64,000 nucleotides of DNA from an uncultured Candidatus Rokubacteria bacterium (GTDB lineage: Bacteria > Methylomirabilota > Methylomirabilia > Rokubacteriales > CSP1-6). The notes under the pieces are model-generated. The model did no database searches. It was given only the letters and a program-made list of their open reading frames with translations, and was not told where the DNA came from. A program made the position numbers and the translations under genes. Shown here in pieces: positions 1-7,538 of this stretch. Within the stretch, counting starts at the first letter, position 1, and each line of letters begins with the position of its first letter. The DNA lies in contig CAVVEU010000014.1 of assembly GCA_963747235.1 (NCBI GenBank), forward strand, positions 228,989-292,988, read 5' to 3'.

Positions 1-2356
1 CGCGAGGCTGGCCGCCGAGCACTTCTGGCCGTTGTGGCCGAAGGCCGAGCGCACGAGATCGCGCACGGCCTGGTCGCGGTCCGCCAGCGCGGTGACGATG
101 ATCGCGTTCTTGCCGCTCGTCTCCGCGAACAGCGCGCAGATCGGGCCGCCACTCGAGGAAGCGCCGGGCCGTCTCCACCGAGCCGGTGAGGATCACCGCG
201 TCCACGCGCGGATCGGTGATGAGGCCGCGGCCGATCTCGTCGTCCGGACAGGGCACGAACTGGACCACGTCACGCGGGATCCCGGCCTCCCAGAGCGCGC
301 CGGCCAGATGCCAGCCGACCAGCACCGCCTCGAGCGCGGGCTTGAGGAGGACCGCGTTGCCGGCGGCCAGCGCGGCCAGCACGCCGCCGGCCGGGATCGA
401 GAGCGGGAAGTTCCACGGCGGCGCAACGACCACGACGCCGAGCGCCTCGAGCCGATAGCCGTCCACCGTGTCGCCCGCGCCCAGGGCGCGCGCGTAGTAG
501 CGCGCGAAGTCGATCGCCTCGGAGACCTCCGGATCGGCCTCCGTCGCGGTCTTGGCGCCGTCCACGATCATGGCGCCGACCAGATCGCCGCGCCGTCGGG
601 CGAGCGCACCGGCCGCGGCCTCGAGCAGGCGCCGGCGCTCCGCCGCGGGCCGGCCGCCCCAGGCCGCCTGCGCGGCGCGGGCGGCGTCGAGCGCGCGGCT
701 CACCTGGGCGCGGTCCGCCAGCCCGTGGCGATAGGCGATGCGCGCCGGCTCCGAGCGGTCCCGTCCCTCGACCTGCACGGCGCCGGCCACCAGCTCGCCC
801 GCGATCTGGAGCGGCACCGTCTCCGCCGGGCGCTCGCGCCACTCGGCCCGGACGCGGTCGATCCACTCCCGGCTGGCGGCGACCGCCCAGTCCGTGTCGG
901 GCTCGTTCGCGAAGGACGCCGACGGATCACCCGGGGCCGGCTTCGACACCGCCTCGGCCCCGCGGTCCTGGGTCCGGCGCGGCGCATCCGACAGCTCCTC
1001 CAGCAGGTCGAAGGCGCCCAGGAACCGATCGCGCTCCAGGTCCCAGTCGGGCGAGCCGGGCTCGAGGCCGAACACGTGGCGCAAGAAGTTGTCCGGCGCG
1101 GTGTTCTCGTCGAGGCGGCGGACGAGGTAGGCGATGGCGCTGTGGAAATCCTCGGCGCGCACCACCGGCGCGTAGAGCAGCAGCCCACCGGCCCGCGCCT
1201 GCACCACGCGCGCCTGGTGGTTGGCCATGCCCTCGAGCATCTCGAACTCCACCCACGCGGCTACTCCGCGCTCCTCGCGCAGCACGAGCCCGTGCGCCAC
1301 GTCGAAGAGATTGTGGCTGGCGATGCCGAGGTGCACCGCGCGGGCGTGCTCGGGACGGCAGCCGTACTCGATCATGCGCTTGAAGTTCGCGTCGACTTCA
1401 AGCTTGTTCGTGAAGGGCGCTTGCGGCCAGCCGTGCAGGTCGGCCTCGATGCGCTCCATCGCCAGGTTGGCGCCCTTGACCACACGCAGCTTGATCGGCG
1501 CGCCGCCGCGCGCGCAGCGTGCGATCGCCCAGGCCACGAGCCCGCGCTGCACGCGATGCGACTCCGGCAGATAGGCCTGCAGCACGATGCCCGCCGGGAG
1601 CGCCATGAACTCGGCCTCGTCCAGGACTTCCCGAAAGGCGATGACGGTGAGGTCGAGGTCGCGATACTCCTCCATGTCGAGGTTGACGAACTTGGGCGTG
1701 ACGCGGCCGTCCGGATGCCGGTAGTGGTGCCGCAGCGCCTGGCGGTAGAGCGCGCGGAGCCGGTCCTTCACGACCTCCACGGTGTGACGGAACGCGCTCA
1801 GGTCGAGCTGGCTCGACACCGAGGAGACCTTCACCGAGATGTACTCGACGTCCTCGCGGGCCAGCAGCGCCAGGTAGGCCTCGAGCCGGCGCGCGGCTTC
1901 CTCCTCGCCCAGGATCGCCTCGCCGAGCTGGTTCAGGTTCAGGCGGATGCCGTCGGCGCGGCGCGCGGCCAGGTAGCGGCGCAGGTCCGCGTCCTCGCCG
2001 GGCAGGATCAGCGACTCGGTCTCGTGGCGCAGGCGGGCCACGATCGGCGGCACGACCAGGCTCGGCAGGTAGTGCCCCATGACCGCGCCGAGCGTGAGGC
2101 CGATCCGCTCCCACCACTCCATGAAGCGCGGCGCCCCGTAGCGCTCCAGCAGGTAGTGGAGCTGATCGGCGATGCGCTCGGGCCGCCGGCTGCGGAAGCA
2201 CTGGTCGGTGAGCGCGATCGTCAGCTCCTTCCCGCGCGGATCCTCCATGAGCCGCGCGAGCCGCTCCGCCCGCGCCCGCTCCTCCGCGGTCTGGCCGGCC
2301 CGCGCCTCGCGCAGCAGCGCCTCCGCCAGCTCCACCGCCCGCTTCGCCCGCTCCAT
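1..2356 (-). CDS. putA: Bifunctional proline dehydrogenase / P5C dehydrogenase; 3' end runs off the window
   Basis: Absent from the ORF track (no stop in window). Manual minus-strand translation from ATG 2356 gives MERAKRAVELAEALL..., FVNLDMEEYRDL, RVVKGANL, ASHN, FEMLEGM, YLVRRLDEN, PPWNFP and the ALDH catalytic GQKCSA. Confidence 0.93.
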   Translation of the reverse strand, partial: MERAKRAVELAEALLREARAGQTAEERARAERLARLMEDPRGKELTIALTDQCFRSRRPERIADQLHYLLERYGAPRFMEWWERIGLTLGAVMGHYLPSLVVPPIVARLRHETESLILPGEDADLRRYLAARRADGIRLNLNQLGEAILGEEEAARRLEAYLALLAREDVEYISVKVSSVSSQLDLSAFRHTVEVVKDRLRALYRQALRHHYRHPDGRVTPKFVNLDMEEYRDLDLTVIAFREVLDEAEFMALPAGIVLQAYLPESHRVQRGLVAWAIARCARGGAPIKLRVVKGANLAMERIEADLHGWPQAPFTNKLEVDANFKRMIEYGCRPEHARAVHLGIASHNLFDVAHGLVLREERGVAAWVEFEMLEGMANHQARVVQARAGGLLLYAPVVRAEDFHSAIAYLVRRLDENTAPDNFLRHVFGLEPGSPDWDLERDRFLGAFDLLEELSDAPRRTQDRGAEAVSKPAPGDPSASFANEPDTDWAVAASREWIDRVRAEWRERPAETVPLQIAGELVAGAVQVEGRDRSEPARIAYRHGLADRAQVSRALDAARAAQAAWGGRPAAERRRLLEAAAGALARRRGDLVGAMIVDGAKTATEADPEVSEAIDFARYYARALGAGDTVDGYRLEALGVVVVAPPWNFPLSIPAGGVLAALAAGNAVLLKPALEAVLVGWHLAGALWEAGIPRDVVQFVPCPDDEIGRGLITDPRVDAVILTGSVETARRFLEWRPDLRAVRGDERQERDHRHRAGGPRPGRARSRALGLRPQRPEVLGGQPR

Positions 2357-2374
2357 CCCCCGAGCCTACTCTCT

Positions 2375-2440
2375 CCCTCTCCCCTCTGGGGAGAGGGCAG
2401 GGTGAGGGGCCCGAGGGTGAGGGGCCCGAGGGTGAGGGGG
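2375..2440 (+). repeat. BoxC/triplex-like repeat copy 1, tail expanded in 15-bp tandem units
   Basis: CCCTCTCCCC-tct-GGGGAGAGGG-CA, then (GGGTGAGGGGCCCGA)x2 plus a partial third unit. Confidence 0.9.
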
Positions 2441-2493
2441 AGGCCTTGACCCCGCACCGCCCCCGTTCCATCCTGCCCGGCGGAGGAACCCCC

Positions 2494-3513
2494 ATGCGCG
2501 CCCTGGTCCTCGAAAAGTTCAACGGCCCGTTCGTCGCGAAAGACGTCCCCACCCCCACGCTCGCCCCGCACGAGGCCCTGGTCCGGGTGCGTAACGTGGG
2601 CGTCTGCGGCACCGACGTGAAGATCCGCGCCGACCGCATGGGCCTGGGCGTGATCCCGCTGATCATGGGCCACGAGATCGCGGGCGAGGTGGCCGAGGTC
2701 GGCAGCGAGGTGCGCGGCTTCGCCGCCGGGGATCGCGTCATCGTGAACTTCTACATCACCTGCGGCCGCTGCCAGGCGTGCCGCGTGGGAAGAGACACGC
2801 TGTGCTCGGACGTCCGCCAGCACGGCTTCAGCATCGACGGCGGCTTCGCGGAGTTCGTGAAGACCCCCGGCGTCAACCTCTGCAAGGTCCCCGATCACGT
2901 GTCGCTCGAGGCCGCGTGCATCCTGGGCGACGCGGTCGCGACGTCCTACCACGCGATCACCAAGCGCGCGCGGGTGCGCCCCGGCACCACGCTGGCGCTG
3001 ATCGGCGTCGGCGGCGTCGGCCTGCACGCGCTGCAGATGGCGCGGCTGGCCGGCGGCTGGGTGATCGCGGTGGACGTCAACGACGCGCGGCTCGAGCTGG
3101 CCCGGAGCCTGGGCGCCGACGCGGTGGTGGACGCCCGCAGCGGGCCCTTCCACGAAGCGATCCGCACGCTGACCGGCGGCCAGGGCGTGGACGTGGTGCT
3201 GGAGTTCGTCGCCAACGCCCAGACCCTGCCGTCCAGCGTGGCCAGCCTGAGACGAGCGGGACGCCTGGTCTTCGTCGGCTACACGCCCGAGGTCCCGCTG
3301 TCGGTCCTGCCGCGCGAGATGGTGCGAAGCGAGCTCGAGATCGTCGGCTCCCGAGCCAACACCAAGCAGGAGCTCGCGGAGACGATGGAGCTGGTGGCCC
3401 AGGGACGGATCAAGCCGATCGTGGACCGCGTGATCCCGCTGGCCGACATCGAGGAGGCCTTCACCGCGCTCCGCGAAGGCCGCCCGCTCGGGCGCAACGT
3501 GCTGGCGATCTAA
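2494..3513 (+). CDS. Zinc-dependent alcohol dehydrogenase (MDR family)
   Basis: GVCGTD, GHE, structural-Zn CGRCQACRVGRDTLC, GVGGVG; GGAGG RBS before ATG 2494. Confidence 0.93.
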   Translation: MRALVLEKFNGPFVAKDVPTPTLAPHEALVRVRNVGVCGTDVKIRADRMGLGVIPLIMGHEIAGEVAEVGSEVRGFAAGDRVIVNFYITCGRCQACRVGRDTLCSDVRQHGFSIDGGFAEFVKTPGVNLCKVPDHVSLEAACILGDAVATSYHAITKRARVRPGTTLALIGVGGVGLHALQMARLAGGWVIAVDVNDARLELARSLGADAVVDARSGPFHEAIRTLTGGQGVDVVLEFVANAQTLPSSVASLRRAGRLVFVGYTPEVPLSVLPREMVRSELEIVGSRANTKQELAETMELVAQGRIKPIVDRVIPLADIEEAFTALREGRPLGRNVLAI

Positions 3514-3522
3514 CCCCTCGGC

Positions 3523-3619
3523 CCCCTCACCCTGCCCTCTCCCCAGAGGGGAGAGGGTGGCGCGCGCGGATCCCCTCGTGAGTACCCTCTCCCCCCTGGG
3601 GAGAGGACAGGGTGAGGGG
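3523..3619. repeat. Inverted pair of BoxC-like repeats (3523-3557 reverse, 3585-3619 forward) between convergent genes
   Basis: CCCCTCACCCTGCCCTCTCCCCAGAGGGGAGAGGG ... CCCTCTCCCCCCTGGGGAGAGGACAGGGTGAGGGG. Confidence 0.9.
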
Positions 3620-3620
3620 C

Positions 3621-4031
3621 CTATGTCCTGAGGCCGGTGGCCGTGCCCACCGCGGTCTTCTCGCCGTGCTGGTTCTGGCACCACACCTCGACGACCACGC
3701 GCGTCCCCGCGCTCTCGGCCCGCGTCTCCTTCACCACGCCATGGACGGTCAGCCGATCGCCCGCGTACACGGGCGTGATGAACGCCATCGAGAGCGTCCC
3801 GCCCTTGACGAAGCCGGCGCCGAGGAGGCGCGCCATCATCTCCGAGACGTACGCGGTCGACATCATCCCCTGCGCCAGCGTGGTGCGGAACCCCTTCCGG
3901 TGCGCCCACGCCTCGTCGGTATGGATGGAGCGCGGCTTCACCCCCGAGAAGACGTCGATCCGCCGCTGCGTCGGCTCCTTCGTGAGCGCCGGCAGCTCCT
4001 GCCCGACCGCGACCGCCTCAGCGACCGACAT
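3621..4031 (-). CDS. MaoC-family (hotdog) dehydratase
   Basis: SIHTDEAWA, TLAQGMM, FITPVYAGD. Confidence 0.85.
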   Translation of the reverse strand: MSVAEAVAVGQELPALTKEPTQRRIDVFSGVKPRSIHTDEAWAHRKGFRTTLAQGMMSTAYVSEMMARLLGAGFVKGGTLSMAFITPVYAGDRLTVHGVVKETRAESAGTRVVVEVWCQNQHGEKTAVGTATGLRT

Positions 4032-4461
4032 GGCGCGTGCCCTCCGGGATCAGCATCTGCGTGAATTGCCCCCGCACGAGCGTCGTTCCCTGCTCATCCC
4101 GGGTGGCGTACTCGGTGACCATGTACTGCCGGCCGCGCCGCTCGTACTTGTCGATGACCCGCCCGCTCGTCTGCACGCGCATGCCCGGCCGCACCGGCTC
4201 GAGGAAGTTGAACTCCATCTTGGCGTGCAGCCCCGCGTGCACGATGTACTTGCTGTGCCGGAGCGAGAGGGCCTGGTTGGCCATCAGGGTGGGATGCGCC
4301 ACCGGCCCGCCCAGGGACGACGACTCCGAGTACCACGCCTGGTGGTCGTCCACCGCGAAGGCATAGGCCTCGATGTCCTCCGGCGTCACCAGGTGCGTGT
4401 CCGACACGAACTCCTCGCCGACCGTCAGCGCCTCGTACGTGAGCTTCGGGAACTCGGCCAT
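4018..4461 (-). CDS. MaoC-family dehydratase, N-terminal-type partner subunit
   Basis: YAFAVDD, PVAHPT, EFNFLEPVRPG; overlaps the start of the downstream MaoC gene. Confidence 0.8.
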   Translation of the reverse strand: MAEFPKLTYEALTVGEEFVSDTHLVTPEDIEAYAFAVDDHQAWYSESSSLGGPVAHPTLMANQALSLRHSKYIVHAGLHAKMEFNFLEPVRPGMRVQTSGRVIDKYERRGRQYMVTEYATRDEQGTTLVRGQFTQMLIPEGTRHVGR

Positions 4462-4478
4462 CGCATCTCCTCCGAGAA

Positions 4479-4557
4479 CCCTCTCCCCCCTGGGGAGAGG
4501 GCAGGGTGAGGGGTAGGGGTGAGGGGCTAGGTGGTGAGGGGCTAGGTGGTGAGGGGG
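4479..4557 (+). repeat. BoxC-like repeat with four tandem GGTGAGGGG tail units
   Basis: Hairpin 4479-4501, then GGTGAGGGG units at 13-, 15- and 15-bp periods (unit GGTGAGGGGCTAGGT). Confidence 0.9.
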
Positions 4558-4558
4558 C

Positions 4559-5509
4559 CTACCGCACCGCCGGCAACACCTCCGCGGTGAACCGGTCGAG
4601 CTGCGCCACCTGATCGTTGCCGATGAAGCGGATGCAGAGATCGGTCACGCCCACCGCGGCGTACCGCCCGATCGTCTCGATCACCACCGACGCGGGCCCC
4701 AGGCCCATCGCGCCGCGCTCGTGCACGCCGCCCCCGTAGTACGTCGCGAGGAATTCGGTGGTGACGCGCTGGGCGGTGGCCACGTCGTCGTCGAGCCGCA
4801 CCGTGGTGTACACGCAGAGGGGAAACTCCGCGCGGGGCCGGCCGTGCCGCGCCAGCGCCTCGAGCGCCCGCTCCCGGATGACCGGGATCTCCTCGAAGTG
4901 CACGTAGGTCGTGATGATGCCGTCGCCCAGACGCCCGAAGCGCTCGAACTGCGCGGGCAGCAGCTCCCCGCGATTCCCCGCGGTGATGAGCACGGGCGGG
5001 CCCTCGGTGCGCCACGGCAGCGGCCCGATGGTGTGGTCCACCAGGTCCAGATCCTCACCGTGATGGGTCACCGGCTCCCCGGTCCAGAGCTTCCGCCAGA
5101 TCGCGATGTGCTCCTCGAGCCGGCGCACGCGGGCCTTGTGGTTGGCGCCGCACGCGGCCCACTCGCGCTCGGCGCTGGGCAGGCTCCAGCCCACGCCCAG
5201 GCCCAGCACCAGCCGGCCCTGGGAGATCTGGTCGATGTTGGCGAGCTGCTGGGCCAGCACCACCGGGTGCCGCAGCGCCGGCAGCAGGACCGCGGTCCCG
5301 AGGCGCACCCGCGTGGTGATCCCGGCCAGGTAGGCCAGGGTGGTCAGGGCGTCGAGCCGCGGCTTGGCCACGATGCTGTCGCCCACCCAGACCGCGTCGT
5401 AGCCGGCCTGGTCGGCCCGCCGGGCCATGGTCCAGCAGGTCTCGACGGGAGGCCGCCGCGCCGACTCCATCACCGCGCCGCGCGTGGGAATGAGCACGCC
5501 GATTCGCAT
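4559..5509 (-). CDS. LLM-class flavin-dependent oxidoreductase
   Basis: GYDAVWVGD, TTRVRLGTAVL, RHPVVLAQ, SQGRLVLGLGVGW. Confidence 0.92.
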   Translation of the reverse strand: MRIGVLIPTRGAVMESARRPPVETCWTMARRADQAGYDAVWVGDSIVAKPRLDALTTLAYLAGITTRVRLGTAVLLPALRHPVVLAQQLANIDQISQGRLVLGLGVGWSLPSAEREWAACGANHKARVRRLEEHIAIWRKLWTGEPVTHHGEDLDLVDHTIGPLPWRTEGPPVLITAGNRGELLPAQFERFGRLGDGIITTYVHFEEIPVIRERALEALARHGRPRAEFPLCVYTTVRLDDDVATAQRVTTEFLATYYGGGVHERGAMGLGPASVVIETIGRYAAVGVTDLCIRFIGNDQVAQLDRFTAEVLPAVR

Positions 5510-5546
5510 GGGCGGGAGTCTACCTCATCCGGGGCCCGGCCGATCC

Positions 5547-5651
5547 GTGTCAGTCCGCTGACACCGGACGTCGCTCCACCGGCCCGCGTGGATCCCACAA
5601 GTACCGGAACCCGCGCCAGATCAAGCGACGCGTGATGGCCCGCGACGTGCA
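5547..5651 (+). promoter_or_regulatory. Putative sigma54 promoter (5636-5651) with upstream palindromic enhancer (5547-5564)
   Basis: TGGCCCGCGACGTGCA has GG-N10-GC spacing just before the MFS start; GTGTCAG-tccg-CTGACAC lies about 70-90 bp upstream. Confidence 0.55.
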
Positions 5652-5666
5652 ATTGCGATTCATGCC

Positions 5667-7166
5667 TTGAAGACGCTGCGCCCGTCCGCCGTGCTCGCCT
5701 CCCTCGCCCGCATCGCCTCCGCCTTCACGATCCCGCAGTCCGGCGAATCGCTCCCGGCCTCGAGCCCCGCGCTGACCGGCGCGCCCGGACCGGACCGCGC
5801 CACGGGCCAGCCTCCGACGCCCGGACGCCCGCTGCGCCGCTCGCTGAACGCCGCGGTGGCGGAGGGCGCCTTCGCGGAAATCTTTGCCGCCTGCGCCACC
5901 GGCGCCGTCATCACCGGCTGGGCGCTCTATCTGGGCGCGAGCGCCGCGGTGATCGGGCTCCTGGGCGCGTTGCCGTTCGGCGCCCAGGTGGCAAGCCTGC
6001 CCGCCGCCTGGTTCACGAGCGCGCGCAGCCGCAAGACGGTGGCCCTCTGGGCCGTCGGCATCTCGCGCCTGACGTTCCTCCCGCTCCTCGCCCTGCCGAC
6101 GCTGGACGTGGAGCCCGCGGCCAAGCTCCACCTCTTCCTCGCGATCGTCGCGATCAGCACGGTGGCGAGCGTGATCGGCAACAGCGCCTGGGTGGCCTGG
6201 ATGGGCGACCTCGTGCCGGATCGCCTGCGCGGGCGCTTCTTCGGGCGCCGGACCATCTTCCTCAGCATCGCGGGCACGCTGACCTCGCTCGGCGCCGCGA
6301 TCCTGCTGGACCGCCTCGCGCCGATCGGCTGGACCGGCGTCGCGCTCTCGGCCCTGACCGCCGTCGCCTTCCTGGCCGGCGTGGTCAGCGTGCTGCTGAT
6401 GCGCCGCCAGAGCGAGCCGCCCATGGCCGCCGAGCCCGCCGCGTCGGCGTGGCAGGCGCTCGGGCACGCGCTGCGCGATCGGCGCGCGCGGCCCTTCCTG
6501 GGCTACCTGTTTGCCTGGAACGCGGCGGTGGGCATCTCGGCCAGCTTCTTCGCGTATCACATGCTGACGAACCTCCACACCGGCTTCCTGGTGGTGGCCG
6601 CCCACGGCGTCGGCGTGGCGGCGGTGCGCATCGCCTCGGCCCGGTTCTGGGGCCGCGCGGTGGACCGCATCGGCGCGGGCCCCGTCGTGATCTTCTGCTC
6701 CTTCGGCATCGCGGCGGTGCCGCTCACCTGGTTCTTCGTGACGCCGGACCGCCTCTGGCCGATTGCGCTGGACGCCGTCTTCGCCGCCTTCCTCTGGTCG
6801 GGGCACAACATCGCCGCCTTCGACCTGACCATCGGCCTGGCTCCGCGCGCGTCGCGCCCGTTCTACCTGGCCGCCTTCGCCACCGCGGGCGGCCTGGGCT
6901 TCGGCCTGGCCTCGGTGCTGGCCGGCCAGCTCGCCGCGCTCGTGCCCGTCCACTTCGTGTTGGCCGGCGAGGCGTGGACCAACCTGCACGTGCTCTTCCT
7001 GCTCTCCGCGGTGGGCCGCCTGGCTTCCGCCACGCTGTCGCTCCGCCTGCACGACCCGGGCGCCCGCGGCGACGTCCGCGAGCTGGTCCGCGCCCTCGCG
7101 GATCGCACCGGCCTCGGCGTCGTCCGCCCGTACCTGCCCGCGTTCGCCCGGCTCGCCCGCCGCTGA
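5667..7166 (+). CDS. MFS transporter
   Basis: Multiple hydrophobic segments; WMGDLVPDRLRGRFFG and WGRAVDRIG MFS loop motifs. Confidence 0.88.
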   Translation: MKTLRPSAVLASLARIASAFTIPQSGESLPASSPALTGAPGPDRATGQPPTPGRPLRRSLNAAVAEGAFAEIFAACATGAVITGWALYLGASAAVIGLLGALPFGAQVASLPAAWFTSARSRKTVALWAVGISRLTFLPLLALPTLDVEPAAKLHLFLAIVAISTVASVIGNSAWVAWMGDLVPDRLRGRFFGRRTIFLSIAGTLTSLGAAILLDRLAPIGWTGVALSALTAVAFLAGVVSVLLMRRQSEPPMAAEPAASAWQALGHALRDRRARPFLGYLFAWNAAVGISASFFAYHMLTNLHTGFLVVAAHGVGVAAVRIASARFWGRAVDRIGAGPVVIFCSFGIAAVPLTWFFVTPDRLWPIALDAVFAAFLWSGHNIAAFDLTIGLAPRASRPFYLAAFATAGGLGFGLASVLAGQLAALVPVHFVLAGEAWTNLHVLFLLSAVGRLASATLSLRLHDPGARGDVRELVRALADRTGLGVVRPYLPAFARLARR

Positions 7167-7184
7167 GCCCACCCCTCGAGCGAA

Positions 7185-7219
7185 CCCTCTCCCCTCGGGG
7201 GAGAGGGCAGGGTGAGGGG
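7185..7219 (+). repeat. BoxC-like repeat
   Basis: CCCTCTCCCC-tcg-GGGGAGAGGG-CA-GGGTGAGGGG. Confidence 0.9.
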
Positions 7220-7231
7220 CTCCCGCGGTAG

Positions 7232-7417
7232 CGTCACCGAATAGCGAAGCCACAGCGGCCGGAGATCGACGAGACCGAACAGGTGATTCGGAACCTTGAA
7301 GCCGCCGGGGTTCTCCAGGCCGCGACCCGGCGCGGCCCGATGCGCCCGTGGCGTCCCCGCCGGCTACGGGGCGCACCGCTCGCCCAGACTGTCGAAGAGG
7401 GGCGCGAACCCCGGTAG
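7232..7417 (+). pseudogene. Start-less remnant resembling the C-terminal half of a Phd/YefM-type (VapB) antitoxin
   Basis: Manual translation RHRIAKPQRPEIDETEQVIRNLEAAGVLQAATRRGPMRPWRPRRLRGAPLAQTVEEGREPR*; pattern recognition only. Confidence 0.4.
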
Positions 7418-7429
7418 TCCTGTCACCAC

Positions 7430-7490
7430 TCGGCCCCTCACGATTCGGCCCCTCACCCGAACCCTCTCCCCAGAGGGGAGAGGGTTCGGG
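7430..7490 (-). repeat. BoxC-like repeat, reverse orientation, with 15-bp tail duplication and extended stem
   Basis: TCGGCCCCTCACGAT-TCGGCCCCTCA-CCCGAACCCTCTCCCC-aga-GGGGAGAGGGTTCGGG. Confidence 0.88.
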
Positions 7491-7538
7491 GCGCGTTGCT
7501 CGGCTCGTCCCCGCGTGGCATAGTGGCGGCCCGCGCCC

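Noticed and set aside
32-2449. 805-aa plus-strand ORF and similar long ORFs (5550-9830 minus, 14195-16705 plus, 18304-21936 plus)
   Set aside because: Antisense or off-frame shadows of real high-GC genes; Arg/Ala/Gly-rich with no motifs.
7230-7430. Structured ncRNA or riboswitch upstream of the molybdoenzyme (CCGGGGTTC...GAACCCCGG pairing)
   Set aside because: No recognisable family motif; such stems are expected at this GC level, and the antitoxin-like reading explains the sequence better. An Rfam scan would be decisive.
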